The position numbers and the translations under genes are program-made. From the NCBI GenBank assembly GCA_963833125.1, contig CAWHWX010000016.1:32001-96000 (forward strand): a stretch of DNA of 64,000 bases. The letters run 5' to 3'. The notes beneath the pieces are model-generated. The model was not told the DNA's origin and did not search any database. It was given only the letters and a program-made list of their open reading frames with translations. Of this stretch, positions 10,047-20,139 are shown one piece after another; the stretch's first letter is position 1, and each line of letters starts with the position of its first letter. The DNA is from Candidatus Bathyarchaeota archaeon. Lineage in GTDB: Archaea; Thermoproteota; Bathyarchaeia; 40CM-2-53-6.

Positions 10047-11857
10047 GGCCACCTTCCTCCCAATCGCCTTCCATGCTTTCTTACCAGCTCGTTATTTTTG
10101 AAGCGGAGGTTGGCGCCGACCGACTGAGCGCGAGAGTGCCGGAGCTGAGGGTAGAGTTCCGGTCTGAACCCTGGAATGCGGATGTCGCTCGGCGCCCGCA
10201 CATGAAGCAGGGTGTGCAAGGTGCCTTGGCTCTCGTCCGTCATGAGCATTTCGACCTGAGCCTTGGGGAGGTTCTTGATGTGGAAGTCGGCGGCCCGGGT
10301 CTCGAGTTGCTCGGTCTCGGTTACCTTCCCCGTTGGCTCGTAGTGTTCGTGGCCGAACATCCGCCAACCCTCGAGTGCAACACTGCGCCGGGGCACCCGG
10401 TGCAGCGCCGAGGCCTGGAGAAAGTAGCGGGCTGTGTCCTCGTTCTGAGTCTTGAAAAGAATCGTGGTGTTGGGAGCGGAGGTCACATCCTCCTGGAAGC
10501 CGCGCCCAACCTTCAGCAACTGCGGGATGCTCTGTAGGGAGAAGAGAAAGGCGGTGTTGGTTCCCCGGGCCGTGTTCAGGATGTGGGCGAAGTTCTGGTA
10601 GCCGAAGGGCGAGAATTCGTCGAGGACGACGCTGAAGATCGGATCGCCGGCTCCCGAGTCATCGTGGCCAGGCAGGTTTTCGGAGGGCATCGCTCTCTCG
10701 TATCTCTTGCCAACGACGAGCTGGAGGTTTTGGAGGAGCATCTTGCCCAGTGCCCGGACCGGCTCCGTGTTCTTGTTCACGTTCAGGCTGACGAACAGAA
10801 TCAAGTCCTGGTCAATCACCTCGTCGATCGACAACAGGTCTTCATACGGACCGGTGATGACCGACAGCTCGTCGTCCAGGAAAGTCATGCACTCGTTCAG
10901 GAGGCCTTGGATCTTCGGGACTCGCTCCCGGTCGTCGAGGGACTTGTAAAGATTCTTGACCGACATCTCGAAGTTGAGCCGGCGCTGGGTTGTGACGGAG
11001 GAATCGCGGGCGATGGCAGCCCGTGACTTGTCAACCTGCTCTTTCAGCACCTCTTCGTCCAGGGCCATCACCATCACGTCGTAGAAGTTGAATTTCGCCC
11101 CGGTGTATACCAGCACCCGCACAATATCGGACAGGTAGTTCAACTGGTGCTTGGCGAAGAACTCGTCGTGAAGGTTGAACGAGCCAAATACCATGTTGAC
11201 CACAGCCGAGTAGTCGTCGTGAGAACAGTGAAAGGGATTGTAGAGGACCGAGATGTCGGGCCGGGCGGGGCAAAGCAGGCGGAGCTGATGGAGTCTGCCG
11301 GCGCGGTGGAAGTACGGCAGCAAGTCGTAGAAGAACTTCATGTCTCCTTTGCCGTCGAAGATGACCATGGGGATGCGGCGCGGACCTCCTGGAGTCTGAA
11401 TGACCCGAGCAAGGTCCTGGCTGATGATGTTCGAGAGCAAAGTAGTCTTGCCCATACCGGTCTTGCCCAGGATGATCCCTTGCATCACACGAATGCGATC
11501 GGGCCAGAGAAAGGGACTGCCATGGATGTCGTAACCGAGGACCACCGAGTTGTCGGCCCAGGCTTTCCGACAATGTTCGTTGTCGATGTCTGGTGTGATC
11601 ACAAGCGGGGGGTGCGGCCACTGTTTCTCCCGTCTCGATCTCGCCGCCGCGGGGAACCAAATCGCGAAGAAGACTCCAAGGGCCAGAAGCACCCCGTATC
11701 CGTCGATTTCTATCATCTGCCGGCGGGAGAAGTGGAAAGCGTGGACGCCGACGTAGGAGACGCCGAGTATTAAGACCATGAGTGCAAACACGGCCTGAAC
11801 TTCGGGGCTGAATTCAAGTGGTGAGCGCTGGCGGGGAACTTCCCAGGCGGGTCTCAT
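10043..11857 (-). CDS. virD4: Type IV coupling protein (VirD4/TraD-like)
   Basis: Two N-terminal TM segments, Walker A GKTGMGKT, IFDGKGD, YNPF, Walker B VVLDEF, ARG..QSIPQL. Confidence 0.9.
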   Translation of the reverse strand: MRPAWEVPRQRSPLEFSPEVQAVFALMVLILGVSYVGVHAFHFSRRQMIEIDGYGVLLALGVFFAIWFPAAARSRREKQWPHPPLVITPDIDNEHCRKAWADNSVVLGYDIHGSPFLWPDRIRVMQGIILGKTGMGKTTLLSNIISQDLARVIQTPGGPRRIPMVIFDGKGDMKFFYDLLPYFHRAGRLHQLRLLCPARPDISVLYNPFHCSHDDYSAVVNMVFGSFNLHDEFFAKHQLNYLSDIVRVLVYTGAKFNFYDVMVMALDEEVLKEQVDKSRAAIARDSSVTTQRRLNFEMSVKNLYKSLDDRERVPKIQGLLNECMTFLDDELSVITGPYEDLLSIDEVIDQDLILFVSLNVNKNTEPVRALGKMLLQNLQLVVGKRYERAMPSENLPGHDDSGAGDPIFSVVLDEFSPFGYQNFAHILNTARGTNTAFLFSLQSIPQLLKVGRGFQEDVTSAPNTTILFKTQNEDTARYFLQASALHRVPRRSVALEGWRMFGHEHYEPTGKVTETEQLETRAADFHIKNLPKAQVEMLMTDESQGTLHTLLHVRAPSDIRIPGFRPELYPQLRHSRAQSVGANLRFKNNELVRKHGRRLGGRWP

Positions 11858-12194
11858 GACAGTTGCAGGGCTCCTAAGCCGGCAAGAACAAGCCCCAACG
11901 CAACGAGAGACAATGACAGGTAGTGTTCGCTCCAAGCGGGCGTTCGGATTGTGGAGAAAGCCGCTCCAATGCATCCGACAGGATCGGCAGCGAGTGAGGC
12001 AGACCATCCCTCAGCAACGAAATCACCGGCCAGATGAGGAGGGCAATACACAGAAGAAAGTGAAAGATGGACCAGGGAGTGATGGAGACTGGTGTCACCG
12101 GTCTGTCGTCTACCGTTGCAAATTGGAAGACATCCTCCGGCTTGGTGACTCTCGCGTCTATTTGGTGGGGCAGCGTTGTCGGTAGTCCGGCCAT
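11854..12194 (-). CDS. Small membrane protein, probably frameshifted
   Basis: RBS GAAGGAAG before MAGLPTT; hydrophobic segments in two frames; the stop of the second frame is coupled to the virD4 start. Confidence 0.5.
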
Positions 12195-12213
12195 AACGAA
12201 ACCTGAACTTCCT

Positions 12214-12456
12214 TCACCGTGGCAGGCTGAAGTAGATGAACCAAGCGACCGCCACGACCGGGAGGAGCATCGTTGCCACAAATCCCTTCTTGAATTTCCT
12301 ACGCTCCCATGGTTTGAACGGATCCCGCGGCTGAAGTGCCAGGTCGAGCAGCATGTTGGCAAACCCGATGTCGTTCCGTGCCTTGAAATACAAAGAAAAG
12401 AGCGCGCAGGAATTCGGGTGCTTACTTCGATCTTGAGATTCCACTTTCGTCGCCAC
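12214..12456 (-). CDS. Small membrane protein
   Basis: 80-aa ORF, GAGGAG RBS, C-terminal TM segment. Confidence 0.6.
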   Translation of the reverse strand: MATKVESQDRSKHPNSCALFSLYFKARNDIGFANMLLDLALQPRDPFKPWERRKFKKGFVATMLLPVVAVAWFIYFSLPR

Positions 12457-12477
12457 GAAACTTGACTCCTCTTTTCT

Positions 12478-13335
12478 TTAGAGCACAAGTGTGGCACTCA
12501 CTTCGCCGCGGTAGTCGTTCGCCAGCTCAAAACGGAGCACCTGCGGTGCGGACGAAGAGCGAGTGAGCCTGACCCCGACTACGCCGATGGTCGCCTCACC
12601 CGGACCCAGCTTGGTTTTCGGCAGCTTCTGGGCAGCCACATCCAAGGAGGTTCGAGCTTGGATTTTCAGCCGGCGCGCCTCCGCCTGGCTCAACTGCGAA
12701 TTCTGACGGGACAGCAGTGTGCGTGATGAACGCACGTCACTCAGCAGGAAGATCTTCGGTGAGCTGGGAGTGTAAACGTGAGTTGTGTCGTTTCGAATCT
12801 CGTATCGGATGAAAATCATGTCCTTGTCCTGGAAGAGATCATCCAGACGAACGGCCACGCGATGGTTGGACGATTGGTCTTGCTCGGCTCGCACCATTTG
12901 GTCTTCGACCATCGAATCCATGTGCGAAGGGCCAGCCGGAAGACTTGGTGAGACGCTTGCCGTCAGCTTGGTGGGATTCGTTGCGAGTGCCGGCTTCGGA
13001 TGGTCAATGGCAAAGTCCATTCCTTCGACTGGTCCGGCCGGGCTCAATTCATAACTGAACCGGCTTGAAGCTGTCCAAATGAAAAGGTTGGTCGATACGT
13101 TAGGCGCCGTAGGTTCTACGAAAACCTTATTGTCTCGCCATTCAATCTTGAAGGCAGGGCTTCCAGCGGCGACCGACACAACGGGCTCGCCCACCTCGAT
13201 GACGGTGAGGTGATCGAGGGCCGTCTGGACATGAATGATCCGATCACGGTTGGGTGACTCCGTCTCAACCTTCTGTCCCCAGGACGGGACCGTCAGCAAC
13301 AAAACCGCTAATCCAATAAGAAAACGTCGCATCAT
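12478..13335 (-). CDS. VirB9/TrbG-like core-complex protein (copy 2)
   Basis: Signal peptide, then IIHVQTALDHLTVIEVGEPVVSVAAGS..FKIEWRDNKVFVEP...TNLFIWT; AAGGAG RBS. Confidence 0.75.
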   Translation of the reverse strand: MMRRFLIGLAVLLLTVPSWGQKVETESPNRDRIIHVQTALDHLTVIEVGEPVVSVAAGSPAFKIEWRDNKVFVEPTAPNVSTNLFIWTASSRFSYELSPAGPVEGMDFAIDHPKPALATNPTKLTASVSPSLPAGPSHMDSMVEDQMVRAEQDQSSNHRVAVRLDDLFQDKDMIFIRYEIRNDTTHVYTPSSPKIFLLSDVRSSRTLLSRQNSQLSQAEARRLKIQARTSLDVAAQKLPKTKLGPGEATIGVVGVRLTRSSSAPQVLRFELANDYRGEVSATLVL

Positions 13336-13415
13336 AATTGTTCTCCTTCGTCTCGCCAATTCTTGAATTACTGGCCCCAGGAGGTCTAAAGGCAGACCTC
13401 CTGGGGGTTGTGGTT

Positions 13416-16183
13416 TCAGTGGACCTTGCGAACCGGAACGGCTGGGCGCTGGGCAGTGCCGGGCATGACCACCATGCCGTTTCGGATTTCGCTTCGGCCG
13501 GGAATGACCTTGAACGGACGTACCTTCTCGACCAGGACTGGCCGTCCGTGGTTGTAGTCCATGAAAAGGTCGCCATCCTCCGTGACATGACAGTAGAGGA
13601 TTCGCCTTTCCTGGATGTCGCCATCGAGACCCGCGAACCGGCTGACCAGGAAGACTTCGCCGTCCTGACCGATTTCGACTTCGCCATCGGCCAAGTCGGG
13701 AACCCGGACCATGATGGGCCGGCCTCCCGTGCGTTCCACAATCCCGTCCACCAATTCCTGGGGAAAGGCGTAAAACACAGTCGAGCCGATTCCGTGGCCT
13801 TGGCACACCTTGCTGTGCAAGGCCTGGAGCCAGCCACGCCGGTTGTCGGTTTTGCGCTCAGCCCACTTCCGCACAAGACAGATGGCGGTCTTCATCTCGT
13901 GGCGAGATTTCTCACGCTCGAAGAAACGCAGAGCCGCCCTGGCCTGCTTAAGCCGGAAGAGGGCCTCTTTCCGGGCGCGAGCGTTGTCCTTGACACGCTC
14001 GAATCCGGCTTCAGCTTCCTTCGCAGCCTGTTCGTAGGCCGTTTGTTTCTTCCGTGTGCGGCCGATCATGCGGGCATAGATTCGGTTGAGCTTGGTGACT
14101 TCCTCGAACATCTTCTCGTTGAACTCGCTCCCGGCGATGAGTCCACCGAAGGATGAAAGAGGAAGCGTTTCCTCGTTGGAAAGGAACGAGTGAATCTCCT
14201 TTCTCACCGAGTTGTAGAGTTGTCCGACGACATCGCTGGGCGCGACGCCATCGAAGTGAAGGGGCAGCTCCTCGATGCGCCTAGCCAACTTGCACTTCAG
14301 CCACGGCGCCGCTGAGCCGACTTCCTTGCGAATTGCTGCGATGCGTTCCCGATCCGGCTCGGTTCCGTGCTTGAGCTGGTCGAGTGCCGCCTGAAGCTCG
14401 ACCGCCAACTCCTCAGCAAGCTCCGGCCTCCCGGCAGCCTGGGCAATCGTCTTCAGGTCTGTGATCGCACCGATCGAGTTTCCCTTGGCAGACATGGCCA
14501 CCTGAGGAAGGTTCCACCACGGCGAGCGCTTCTTCGAACGTTTCTTCTTCTGGTTCGAGAAACGCTCCTCGTACCTGAACCGGTCATCGATCCAGCGAGG
14601 AAACTTCTCCGACTCGACCACGCAGATATAGTCGAAGTCGAAGTCCCCGCCGTTTCGCTTGGCGGTTTCAGAATGCATGGTGAAGGTCCCGCGCAAGAGA
14701 AGCTGCGCGTCGATGATCCGATCAAGTGCCTCTTTCTCCGCCATGGAGCAACCTGACTTGTCCAGGCGTTTCATGAGGAGATCAAGGGTTTCGGGCACCG
14801 CAAGGCGCGTGATGGGCAAAAGGTCTTCCTTGGTGCGAATCGGATACCGAACCGAAAGCATCCGGCTCGAAGCCAGGCTGACCAAGCCCCGGTCGGGCGG
14901 AATCCAGTCTGACCCGGAGTATATTTCGCCATTGTGTTCGACGAGAAAGCCATCGTCCGCGAGAGCGAACGCCGGTAAGCGCAATCCGCCAGGCGGTCGA
15001 GACCTTGTAGGCCCATCGAGTGAGCATGCGGTCCACCTGCGAGTGGATCCACGGGTGCTTGAGCATGAAACCCGTAGGATCGGCTTTGAGCACGGCTTCG
15101 ATGATAGTGTGCTCGATGCCGGTGTACTCGGAATCGAACGACTGGTCGCTGTCTTCGTCAATGACAGCTTGGGCTTCGGAGGTCCCGAGCAGCTCGAGAA
15201 GCGCTTCAAAGTTTCGTCCCTCGAATGCTGCCTTGACCTTCTCGATCTGATCGAGCGCGTATGGTTTGATTTCCAGCTCGATGGAGTCTGTCGGAGCGTG
15301 CTCGACCAGGCTGTAGCTGGCCCGGAATTCCAGGTTCCGCGAGACGTCACGGATGCCAAGAACTACCGGACCACGGAAGGTGCGGGCAGAGCCAGTGAGC
15401 CATTTGATGAGCGTTGGCTTACCCTTGTATTCAGGTTTGACCGATGACGCCGGCAAGACTATGTCGGCATCGAGGATTTCGGCTACCGCGTTCCGTCATC
15501 ACCTTGAACGATCCCTTCGCTTGGGTCCGTTCGAAGGCGAGCCGGAACTGGTAGAAGGCGCCGGGCGAGATAACGGAATGGCGGACGTTTCTTTCTGCCG
15601 CTGAGTTGATTTCTGCTACACCCAGGTTGGGATGGATTTTCGCGAGCCGCTGGACTTCCCGCTTGAGCAAACCGGTCCGGTGGCCAGCTTGCAACTCACG
15701 GAAGAGCGCCTCGGAGATCCAGCCTCTTGAATCGTTGGTCCCTAGCTCGTGATCGTCAACCACCAGAACCCGGCACTCAGGCTTCGCGATGCGTACGATG
15801 CAGTCTGAAACCAAAATGCCAAAGTAGGTCATGGCGGCTTCGGGCCAGTTTCCAAAGCGCGAAGCAATCTCCCGCTCGTGCTTCGGATCAACGGCGTAAA
15901 ACTTCCCGTTCTTTGCTGACCCGCTGGCCCCGATTAACGCGAACTTCTGTTTCTCCCACTCCAGCCGAACCAGCGCCTGCTCGACCGTAGCGCGCTCGAA
16001 AGGCGAGAGCTCCTCCTGAGGGACGTCCACCGTGGCCACAGCAATGCCAGGGTAGAGTCCTTCAAGAATCGTGTTCCTGAGTTCGTGTTCCCGATCCAAC
16101 GGATTCAACTTCTTTTGAACCTCACCGTTTCGATTGATTTCGAGGGCAAGCACCGGCGCCGCCCCGTTTATCCCGTAGTTCAT
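13416..16183 (-). CDS. Single-subunit two-barrel RNA polymerase homolog (eukaryotic RdRP/QDE-1/YonO-like), ~920 aa; two apparent +1 frameshifts (~15490, ~14992)
   Basis: Joined ORFs 15431-16183, 14782-15456 and 13416-15359 show RdRP motifs in the right order: SGSAK, NDSRGWIS, YQFR...AKG, SVRYP, NGGDFDFDY (14631-14645), NSIGAITDL, QAALDQLKHG; AGGAGG RBS. Confidence 0.8.
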
Positions 16184-16430
16184 TGGTCTCCTCCTGTTTT
16201 GGATTTAATCGGGCACAAAAAAGCAAGGAGGCCGTCGCCGGTCTCTTCGCCGTTTAGTGCCGAAAGGTGATTGGTCTTTCGGCTCTTCGGGCGAAGAGCC
16301 GTCTTTCGTGTCTATCTGCCTCTCTCTCGGATAGAAAGAAAGGTTTCTCGGCCCTGCGTCAGAAACGCAGAGTCGAAACTCTTCCGCGAAAATGGCTCAC
16401 GGTTAGCCTTTGTTCAAATGAAACCGGTAT
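16184..16430 (-). promoter_or_regulatory. Structured leader/attenuator with intrinsic terminator directly before the polymerase gene
   Basis: Several hairpins; GCGA-loop stem (16223-16250) plus U6 (16217-16222) just upstream of the RBS; competing pairing 16290-16301 with 16239-16251. Confidence 0.6.
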
Positions 16431-16433
16431 GAA

Positions 16434-16742
16434 TTAAGGATTCCTTTTCACTACCTCCTTTTTGAAAGTGGGCTGTTTACCACTGCAGTCGACAAGGGCG
16501 CGGTATTCGATGACGGCGTAGTAGCTCACGCCGGCTTTGAAAGCCTCCGCCATCGCCTCTGCCTCGGATGCAAATTCCCGCTCGAACTCGGGCGTGCGGG
16601 AATTCGTTCCCGGCCGCGCGAGGAAGAACCTCCCTTGGGGCGTCGTAGCCTGCGCCGCAGCAGCTTCCTTAGCCATCTGTGGACCCCGACTCGAAGCTTG
16701 CAGTCCTTTTCCCTCGACAACTTCTGAAGCGCTTCCTGCCAT
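16434..16742 (-). CDS. Hypothetical protein
   Basis: ~102-aa ORF from MAGSASE with AGGAGG RBS. Confidence 0.7.
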   Translation of the reverse strand: MAGSASEVVEGKGLQASSRGPQMAKEAAAAQATTPQGRFFLARPGTNSRTPEFEREFASEAEAMAEAFKAGVSYYAVIEYRALVDCSGKQPTFKKEVVKRNP

Positions 16743-16770
16743 GATTCCTCCTTCTTTCAAGCTTCGGTTT

Positions 16771-17493
16771 TTACTGTTGTCCCTGTCCGGGTGACCGAGT
16801 CTCAAGGTCGCTGTGCTGGATGAGACCCGTATCCCGATCACCGACCATCTGTTGTTCCTTGTATTCCGCCACCAGCAACCCGCTTGGGTTGTCGTCGGAC
16901 CTTCGGTCTTCAACCAGTCGGACTGTGTAACGACCTACTATTCGGTCCGTGGCTTCCGTTCCTTTGCGGACTTGATGGACTTCCTTCACACCGAACGCAA
17001 GATAAGTCCAGGGTGTTGCCTTCAGATGTTCAATCGACTTGATCTCGAAGTCGGAAATGATGCGGTCCTCGGCGATTTTTCCCACGGTGTCTGAATCGCG
17101 GAGTTGATTCATGGTGTAGGTCCGCAGATTCACGGTCATCATGTTGAGGGCTTCCGAAAGGTTGCGATCGACCGAATCCGGCGTATAGCTGAGGTACCGC
17201 TCAAGAAAGTGTTTTACGACCGCCCGTCCTTCGAGGTCGGTTGGCGCCGCTTCTTTTGCCGCCTCGGCCGAGAGCGAGAATAGTCTCTGCGCTCCAAGTC
17301 GAGCGGACCCGACAACGGTTGCATTTCCGTCTTTATCGACGCGGATGACGGTGGGCGGCTGCAGCCGGACATAGATGGCGAAGCCCAGTGAGGTCAAGGC
17401 TATCAGTCCGAAGATCGTCGCCAACAACATCGAGCGGTTGGCGTATGCGCGGAGCATCCCATCGTGCTCGTAGTACTTCGTGTAGGAGCTCAT
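16771..17493 (-). CDS. VirB8/TrbF-like protein
   Basis: Single N-terminal TM segment, then PTVIRVDKDG and FLERYLSY; C-terminal NPSGLLV motif. Confidence 0.85.
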   Translation of the reverse strand: MSSYTKYYEHDGMLRAYANRSMLLATIFGLIALTSLGFAIYVRLQPPTVIRVDKDGNATVVGSARLGAQRLFSLSAEAAKEAAPTDLEGRAVVKHFLERYLSYTPDSVDRNLSEALNMMTVNLRTYTMNQLRDSDTVGKIAEDRIISDFEIKSIEHLKATPWTYLAFGVKEVHQVRKGTEATDRIVGRYTVRLVEDRRSDDNPSGLLVAEYKEQQMVGDRDTGLIQHSDLETRSPGQGQQ

Positions 17494-17548
17494 GCTATCT
17501 CTGCCGGTTTCCGAACTAGATCTCTTGATGATCAAAGTTCTTGCTCCT

Positions 17549-18397
17549 CTACTTTGGAATCATCTTTGAAGGCAAAATGGCGGAACGAACGATGACCATG
17601 ACCGTGCTTCCCACGTCGCCCTTGATGATTCGGTCGGCCAGAAACGGAATCAGCGCGATACATATCGAGAAGAGGATGCTGGCCAGGGCCAGCAACAAGT
17701 CCTGGCTCGCGTTCTGGAAGAAACCCGCCACTCCACCCGAATTCAGAACGTTACTGACGCTGTTCACATTCAAGACCACGGCCAGCGCGGCGAAGATCGC
17801 GTAGAGTAATCCCCATGCCTGGAAGATCAGCATGTTCACGAGATAAGTCCGGGCGAGCTGCCCAACTCCGTTGGCGGGCAGCAGCGCCAGGACGAACGGC
17901 CCGGTAATATAAAGGATCGAACCGTAGAGTGAATAGAACAGCGCAAAGAGCGCGTAGGCGATGGGCATAACAATGAAGGCTACGATGATCAGCAGGGCGT
18001 CGAGAAGACCCGAGAGGCTCGCCCCCACCCCTCCTATAATCGACCACAGCGATTCGGTTCCATTCGTGCTCCAGTACTGCTGCAACTGGGTCATCCAATC
18101 GCTGAACATGTCTGTGCCGCCGACGAGGCTGATGATCGACTGCGCCACAGAATTGAACATTCCATTAACGTCGCGAAAAATCATGGGGTAGCTTGCGAAT
18201 ACCAAGCCCAGGATCAAATACTTGATCCCGGAAATTCCCAAAGCTCGCACGTCTCCTCCAGCGGCAAAGGCCTGATAAGCCCCGTAAAGAAAGCTCAAGA
18301 TCAGAATGGTGCTCGCGATGCCCACCACGCCCGTCGTGATGTTCGAGCTGTCGATTCCATCCAAAGCGTTCAGAAACATCTGTTGGAAATAAAACAT
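17549..18397 (-). CDS. VirB6/TrbL-like polytopic membrane protein
   Basis: Multiple TM segments, GPFVLALLP loop, position between VirB5-like and VirB8 genes. Confidence 0.8.
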   Translation of the reverse strand: MFYFQQMFLNALDGIDSSNITTGVVGIASTILILSFLYGAYQAFAAGGDVRALGISGIKYLILGLVFASYPMIFRDVNGMFNSVAQSIISLVGGTDMFSDWMTQLQQYWSTNGTESLWSIIGGVGASLSGLLDALLIIVAFIVMPIAYALFALFYSLYGSILYITGPFVLALLPANGVGQLARTYLVNMLIFQAWGLLYAIFAALAVVLNVNSVSNVLNSGGVAGFFQNASQDLLLALASILFSICIALIPFLADRIIKGDVGSTVMVIVRSAILPSKMIPK

Positions 18398-18400
18398 GGT

Positions 18401-19244
18401 TCACCTGGGCTGAAGCATCTGTTGGATCTTCTGCTGCAGACCGGACGCATTGGTGGCGCCCATTTTCAACGTCGGCTCCGGCGTTGGCCAGGTCGATGGC
18501 GCGGACTCGCATCAAGTCTGCCATCGCTGCCTGCGTGTAGGCGTTGGCTCTCACAAGCCAAGCATCCGCTTGCGCCTCGATGATTGGGGCGCTGCCGGGC
18601 GCCGCGGTCTGAATGCTCTGGTTGATTTGGTTTGCAGCCTGGATTTCGAGATCGGCCAAGTTGTCGATCTCGATGGCGCGTTTCATGGCATCCTGCGCTA
18701 CCGCGTCGCTCATGTCGATGACGTTTCGCACATTCTGTGGCGCCGAAGTCTGGTCGGGAACCGGCCCATAGACGGTCGTGTAGTTCGAGCTTGTGTTGCC
18801 GATTTGGCCGGAATCGGCTGAGAGAAGGATGCTCTCAAGCTGCTGGGTGCTCGGCAGTGTGGCGCTCGCAACCGGGATATGGATAACGGTTTGGATTTGA
18901 GAAAAGACGCCCTGGAGGTTTCCAACGAGTGTCTGGGCCTGAGTGATTAATTGCTGCGGCCAGACGACCGTCTGCTCGAAGTTTCCGATCGTTTGGTCCA
19001 CTGACAGGATGGAATTGAGGCCGCCACCGACAACACTGGTTAGGGCGCTGGAGATCGAGGCAAGCCCCGCTTCGAGAATCAGACAGCATGGGTCGAGGAA
19101 GATGCCCTTCACCGGCCGCGGCATGAGCAGGATGAACACCACTGCCAGGGCCGTCGCTCTTAACATGTGCGACCGGACCCAGCCGGCGCCCAAGGATATT
19201 GAACGCCGCGACCACTTTCCGAACTTTTCGAGTCTGTCTTTCAT
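18401..19244 (-). CDS. VirB5/TrbJ-like secreted protein (paralog 2); frameshift near 18465
   Basis: Signal peptide, Gln/Ala-rich helical body, AAPGSAP motif, ends MLQPR. Confidence 0.6.
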
Positions 19245-19266
19245 GATGATATCTCCCTTCGAAGAA

Positions 19267-20139
19267 TTACCTGGGCTGAAGCATTTTCTGAATCGACCCA
19301 CTGAACGCGCTCACGTGCGCCGCTCCCCGTTTCCGCAGGGCATTCGAGTGTGCAAGGCGTGCCGCCTCTTGCCGCAGCTCGGCGGCAAGCATTTTCTGGG
19401 TTAAAGCCTGGCTCTGAATGCTCGCCGCGACGGCAGTCGCCGTAAGGAAAGGGGCAGAACCCGGCGCCGCCTGGCTTGATGTGTCTTCAATCTGGTCCGC
19501 GATGCCGAGCGTTGTCTGGCCGGCGTCGTCGGTCTCCTTGAGCGTCTTCAGATTGTCCTTGGCGAGGGCATCGTCCATGTCAGTCGTGGCCCGGTCTTCG
19601 GGACTTATGGCTGCCGAGCCTGGCAGCGGGCCGTAAACGTTGTCGTAATTCGTGCTCAAAGTCGTGAAGTCACCGACCTGCTGGTTCCGAATCACACTCT
19701 CGAGCGCCTGCGTCGCCGGCTGCAATGCGCTCGTCAGGTTGATGTTGAAGATGCCCTGCATCGGTACGCGGTATTGAGCGGTCATTTGAGTCACTTGACC
19801 CTGGGCTTGGTTGATAAGCTGGGTCGGCCAGGCCGTGGTCTGGTAAAAATCGCTAATGGCGGTGCGGACGCTGGTGATCCCACTGAGCCCCGAGTTGATG
19901 ACGCCGTTGATCGCATTGAGGACGGCCTCGATTGCCCCGATGATGCTGAAGGCAAATGCTCGCGATGGCTGGATCACCATCACCGCCGTCGTCGTCCCCA
20001 CAAGAGCCAGCGCGATGACCTGGCGTTTCGATTTGGCTCTCACAATGCACCATGAAAACAAGAGAAAAAAGATTGCTGTCATTTGCTGACCTCCGCACAA
20101 GATACTTATGAGCGTTTCTTCAATACATCGTTCAGTCAA
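19267..20139 (-). CDS. VirB5/TrbJ-like secreted protein (paralog 1)
   Basis: Signal peptide, WP..LI.QAQ, VYGP, AAPGSAP, ends MLQPR; follows virB4. Confidence 0.6.
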   Translation of the reverse strand: MTERCIEETLISILCGGQQMTAIFFLLFSWCIVRAKSKRQVIALALVGTTTAVMVIQPSRAFAFSIIGAIEAVLNAINGVINSGLSGITSVRTAISDFYQTTAWPTQLINQAQGQVTQMTAQYRVPMQGIFNINLTSALQPATQALESVIRNQQVGDFTTLSTNYDNVYGPLPGSAAISPEDRATTDMDDALAKDNLKTLKETDDAGQTTLGIADQIEDTSSQAAPGSAPFLTATAVAASIQSQALTQKMLAAELRQEAARLAHSNALRKRGAAHVSAFSGSIQKMLQPR

